DNA of 17,116 nucleotides from positions 1-17,116 of the forward strand of contig JBBILZ010000050.1 in the NCBI GenBank assembly GCA_037444665.1, given 5' to 3'. The notes below the pieces were generated by a model. That model had not been told where the DNA came from. It was given only the letters and a program-made list of their open reading frames with translations, and did not search any database. Shown in pieces: positions 15,666 through 17,116 of the stretch (its first letter is position 1; every line of letters begins with the position of its first letter). A program made the position numbers and the translations under genes. The DNA comes from a candidate division WOR-3 bacterium (GTDB lineage: Bacteria > Hydrothermota > Tepidihabitantia > SM23-42 > JAOAFX01).

Positions 15666-16706
15666 CTAAAGTTTAATTACTTTTATCCGTTTACCCGGAA
15701 CAGTAATAAAATAAATACCTGAAGGCAATAGTCTTCCACCATTGTCATCGCCATTCCATCTGACCGCATTAGATTGTCCAAACGTACGAAATGATTTAAC
15801 AATCCTTCCTGAGGCATCATAAATTTTTAAGAACGGCTGAATAGTATTGAAAGATTTTTCCGTCATTGCAGGAATAGAGTATCTAATGGTCGTCGTTCTT
15901 CTAAATAATGATGGTGATGCCTCTAATTTTGGTTTCAGACTGATAGTATTATTGAATTCATTTATTCCCACGAGATAAAAATTGAAATTGGTCAGTGGCT
16001 CAATTGAATGGAGCACCGCTGTCATTTGACTATCGGGCTCATAGTTAAATGTGTTTACCTTAACCCAGTAACTTGTAGGTAAGAGGCTATCAAACGAATA
16101 GAACCCTGTTGATGCTGTATAAGTGGTGCAACATTCATAAAACGGATGGGATACATAGATGTCAAAGGTGGTTCTTGTAATGACCTGGGCATTTATGATT
16201 GGTGAACCCGAACTATCATATACATAACCAGAAATCCTACATCCATGATAATCATCATTCGCATAACCGAAGGTAGGAGTAGAATCAATATACCAGTCTT
16301 TTAACCAACCATCAATTCCAAGATTTAAATAGAATTTTGCTGCAGATGTGCCAGGCGGTGGTACCGGGACAATATAATAATAACCATCATAGGGATAGAT
16401 TACTGTATCACGAGGGGTAAGACTAATCATAAATCCAGAATCAGGTGGTAAAAAGAAAGGTCCGCTGAGCACTGAGGTATCAATTATTGCATAACCAGTG
16501 TCAGGGATATAGATTGGTGTATCAATTATTGCCAGACCAGCAGGTGTCAATAATGAATCGTTCAAGAGTGAACCACCCATAAAATTTGGATGATATTCAA
16601 TTCTCTGGGTTGTATCGGTTTGGAATTCGTTGATGATTTCAAGTTTAATAGGATTAGAAACGAGGACAATGGGCACAAGAAAGACTAAAAGACAAAACTT
16701 TTTCAT
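15666..16706 (-). CDS. Secreted protein with a carboxypeptidase-regulatory-like (transthyretin-fold) domain and a FlgD-Ig/T9SS-like C-terminal domain
   Basis: SD GGAGG before the ATG at 16706 (signal peptide MKKFCLLVFLVPIVLVS). Contains ISGYVYDSSGSPIINAQV...GFYSFDSLLP.SY.VKV and ends LKIYDASGRIVKSF...WNGDDNGGRLLPSGIYF...KVIKL. Confidence 0.8.
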   Translation of the reverse strand: MKKFCLLVFLVPIVLVSNPIKLEIINEFQTDTTQRIEYHPNFMGGSLLNDSLLTPAGLAIIDTPIYIPDTGYAIIDTSVLSGPFFLPPDSGFMISLTPRDTVIYPYDGYYYIVPVPPPGTSAAKFYLNLGIDGWLKDWYIDSTPTFGYANDDYHGCRISGYVYDSSGSPIINAQVITRTTFDIYVSHPFYECCTTYTASTGFYSFDSLLPTSYWVKVNTFNYEPDSQMTAVLHSIEPLTNFNFYLVGINEFNNTISLKPKLEASPSLFRRTTTIRYSIPAMTEKSFNTIQPFLKIYDASGRIVKSFRTFGQSNAVRWNGDDNGGRLLPSGIYFITVPGKRIKVIKL

Positions 16707-16786
16707 AGCTCCTCCTCTCTCAAAGTTGAGAAAAATTAACTCCAACCCTTAAAACCATCATCTCTCAGTTTTTAATTTCTATATAT

Positions 16787-16814
16787 ATTTTAACAAAAAA
16801 AATTTATTTGTCAA
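16787..16814 (-). promoter_or_regulatory. Sigma70-type promoter for the secreted-protein operon (leadered)
   Basis: Minus strand: TTGACA (16814-16809), 16-nt spacer, TAAAAT (16792-16787); about 80 nt upstream of the SD-led ATG. Confidence 0.65.
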
Positions 16815-16953
16815 GGGGGAATAACACTGACTCCTCTTTACTTTTGTTTTCTCTATTTAGTTTTTCCCAAAATTCTAACGGTATTGGTCAGACTTTTGGA
16901 GTAGGGATATTATTTAAAATACAGAAATGTCCAAAACTTGTCCTAAAATTTAC

Positions 16954-16967
16954 GAGGCTAAAGCCTC
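16954..16967. repeat. Short palindrome GAGGC-TAAA-GCCTC, possibly a decayed REP
   Basis: Perfect 5-bp stem with a 4-nt loop. No intact GTAG/CTAC flank. Confidence 0.35.
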
Positions 16968-17020
16968 TATTCCAGATGTATGGGTAAGACCACCATTATC
17001 TGTTTTCTTACAATATTTTT

Positions 17021-17042
17021 GTAGTTGCCTCATTTATGAGGC
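17021..17042 (+). repeat. GTAG-type REP-like hairpin GTAG-TT-GCCTCA-TTTA-TGAGGC
   Basis: GTAG tetranucleotide followed after 2 nt by a perfect palindrome, the architecture of GTAG-family REPs. Confidence 0.6.
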
Positions 17043-17052
17043 TTTCTATTTT

Positions 17053-17116
17053 TGTAGGGACAACCCTTGTGGTTGTCCGGAAGCGTTTTCGGACAGGGAC
17101 AAGCCCTGTCCCTACA
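17053..17116. repeat. Inverted REP doublet (REPIN/BIME-like), GTAG family
   Basis: GTAG-GGACAACC-CTTGT-GGTTGTCC (17054-17078), a 12-nt spacer, then the inverted copy GGACAGGG-ACAAG-CCCTGTCC-CTAC (17091-17115). Terminal 10-bp inverted repeat TGTAGGGACA/TGTCCCTACA. Confidence 0.8.

Noticed and set aside
14955..16706. Diversity-generating retroelement template/variable repeat pair between the two C-terminal domains
   Set aside because: The similarity is at protein-motif level only. There is no near-identical nucleotide repeat with adenine-specific mismatches and no reverse transcriptase in the window.
16707..16745. ORF-track N-terminal extension MELIFLNFERGGA
   Set aside because: It is the translated 5' UTR and SD (GAGAGGAGGAGCT). 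The ATG at 16706 begins a proper signal peptide.
16820..17116. CRISPR array, tRNA or IS end in the terminal non-coding region
   Set aside because: No regularly spaced direct repeats with unique spacers, no cloverleaf and no transposase. The palindromes fit REP architecture better.

Overview
AT-rich, very compact bacterial chromosomal window made mostly of housekeeping genes. A YidC with a periplasmic domain and secreted proteins with FlgD-Ig/T9SS-like C-termini suggest a diderm FCB-related lineage such as WOR-3 (inference only). Layout: (-) HD-domain hydrolase-glyQ-glyS (partial); (+) rpmH (missed by the ORF track)-rnpA-yidD-yidC-jag-mnmE; (-) truncated glmU-LytR_C protein-rsfS-argS-PTS IIA-short C4 zinc-ribbon protein-ArnT/PMT-like glycosyltransferase; (+) livHMGF with no binding-protein gene; (-) two secreted-protein genes, one split by a frameshift; then a cluster of GTAG-type REP hairpins at the window end. 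Main signals: all five operon-head promoters have a 16-bp -35/-10 spacer and four appear leaderless or nearly so; a single perfect DnaA box lies beside rpmH although dnaA is absent; GlmU lacks its acetyltransferase domain; motifs are altered in Jag (R3H) and ArgRS (HIGH); and a REP doublet shows fully compensatory stem changes. No CRISPR array, tRNA, rRNA or transposase is visible.
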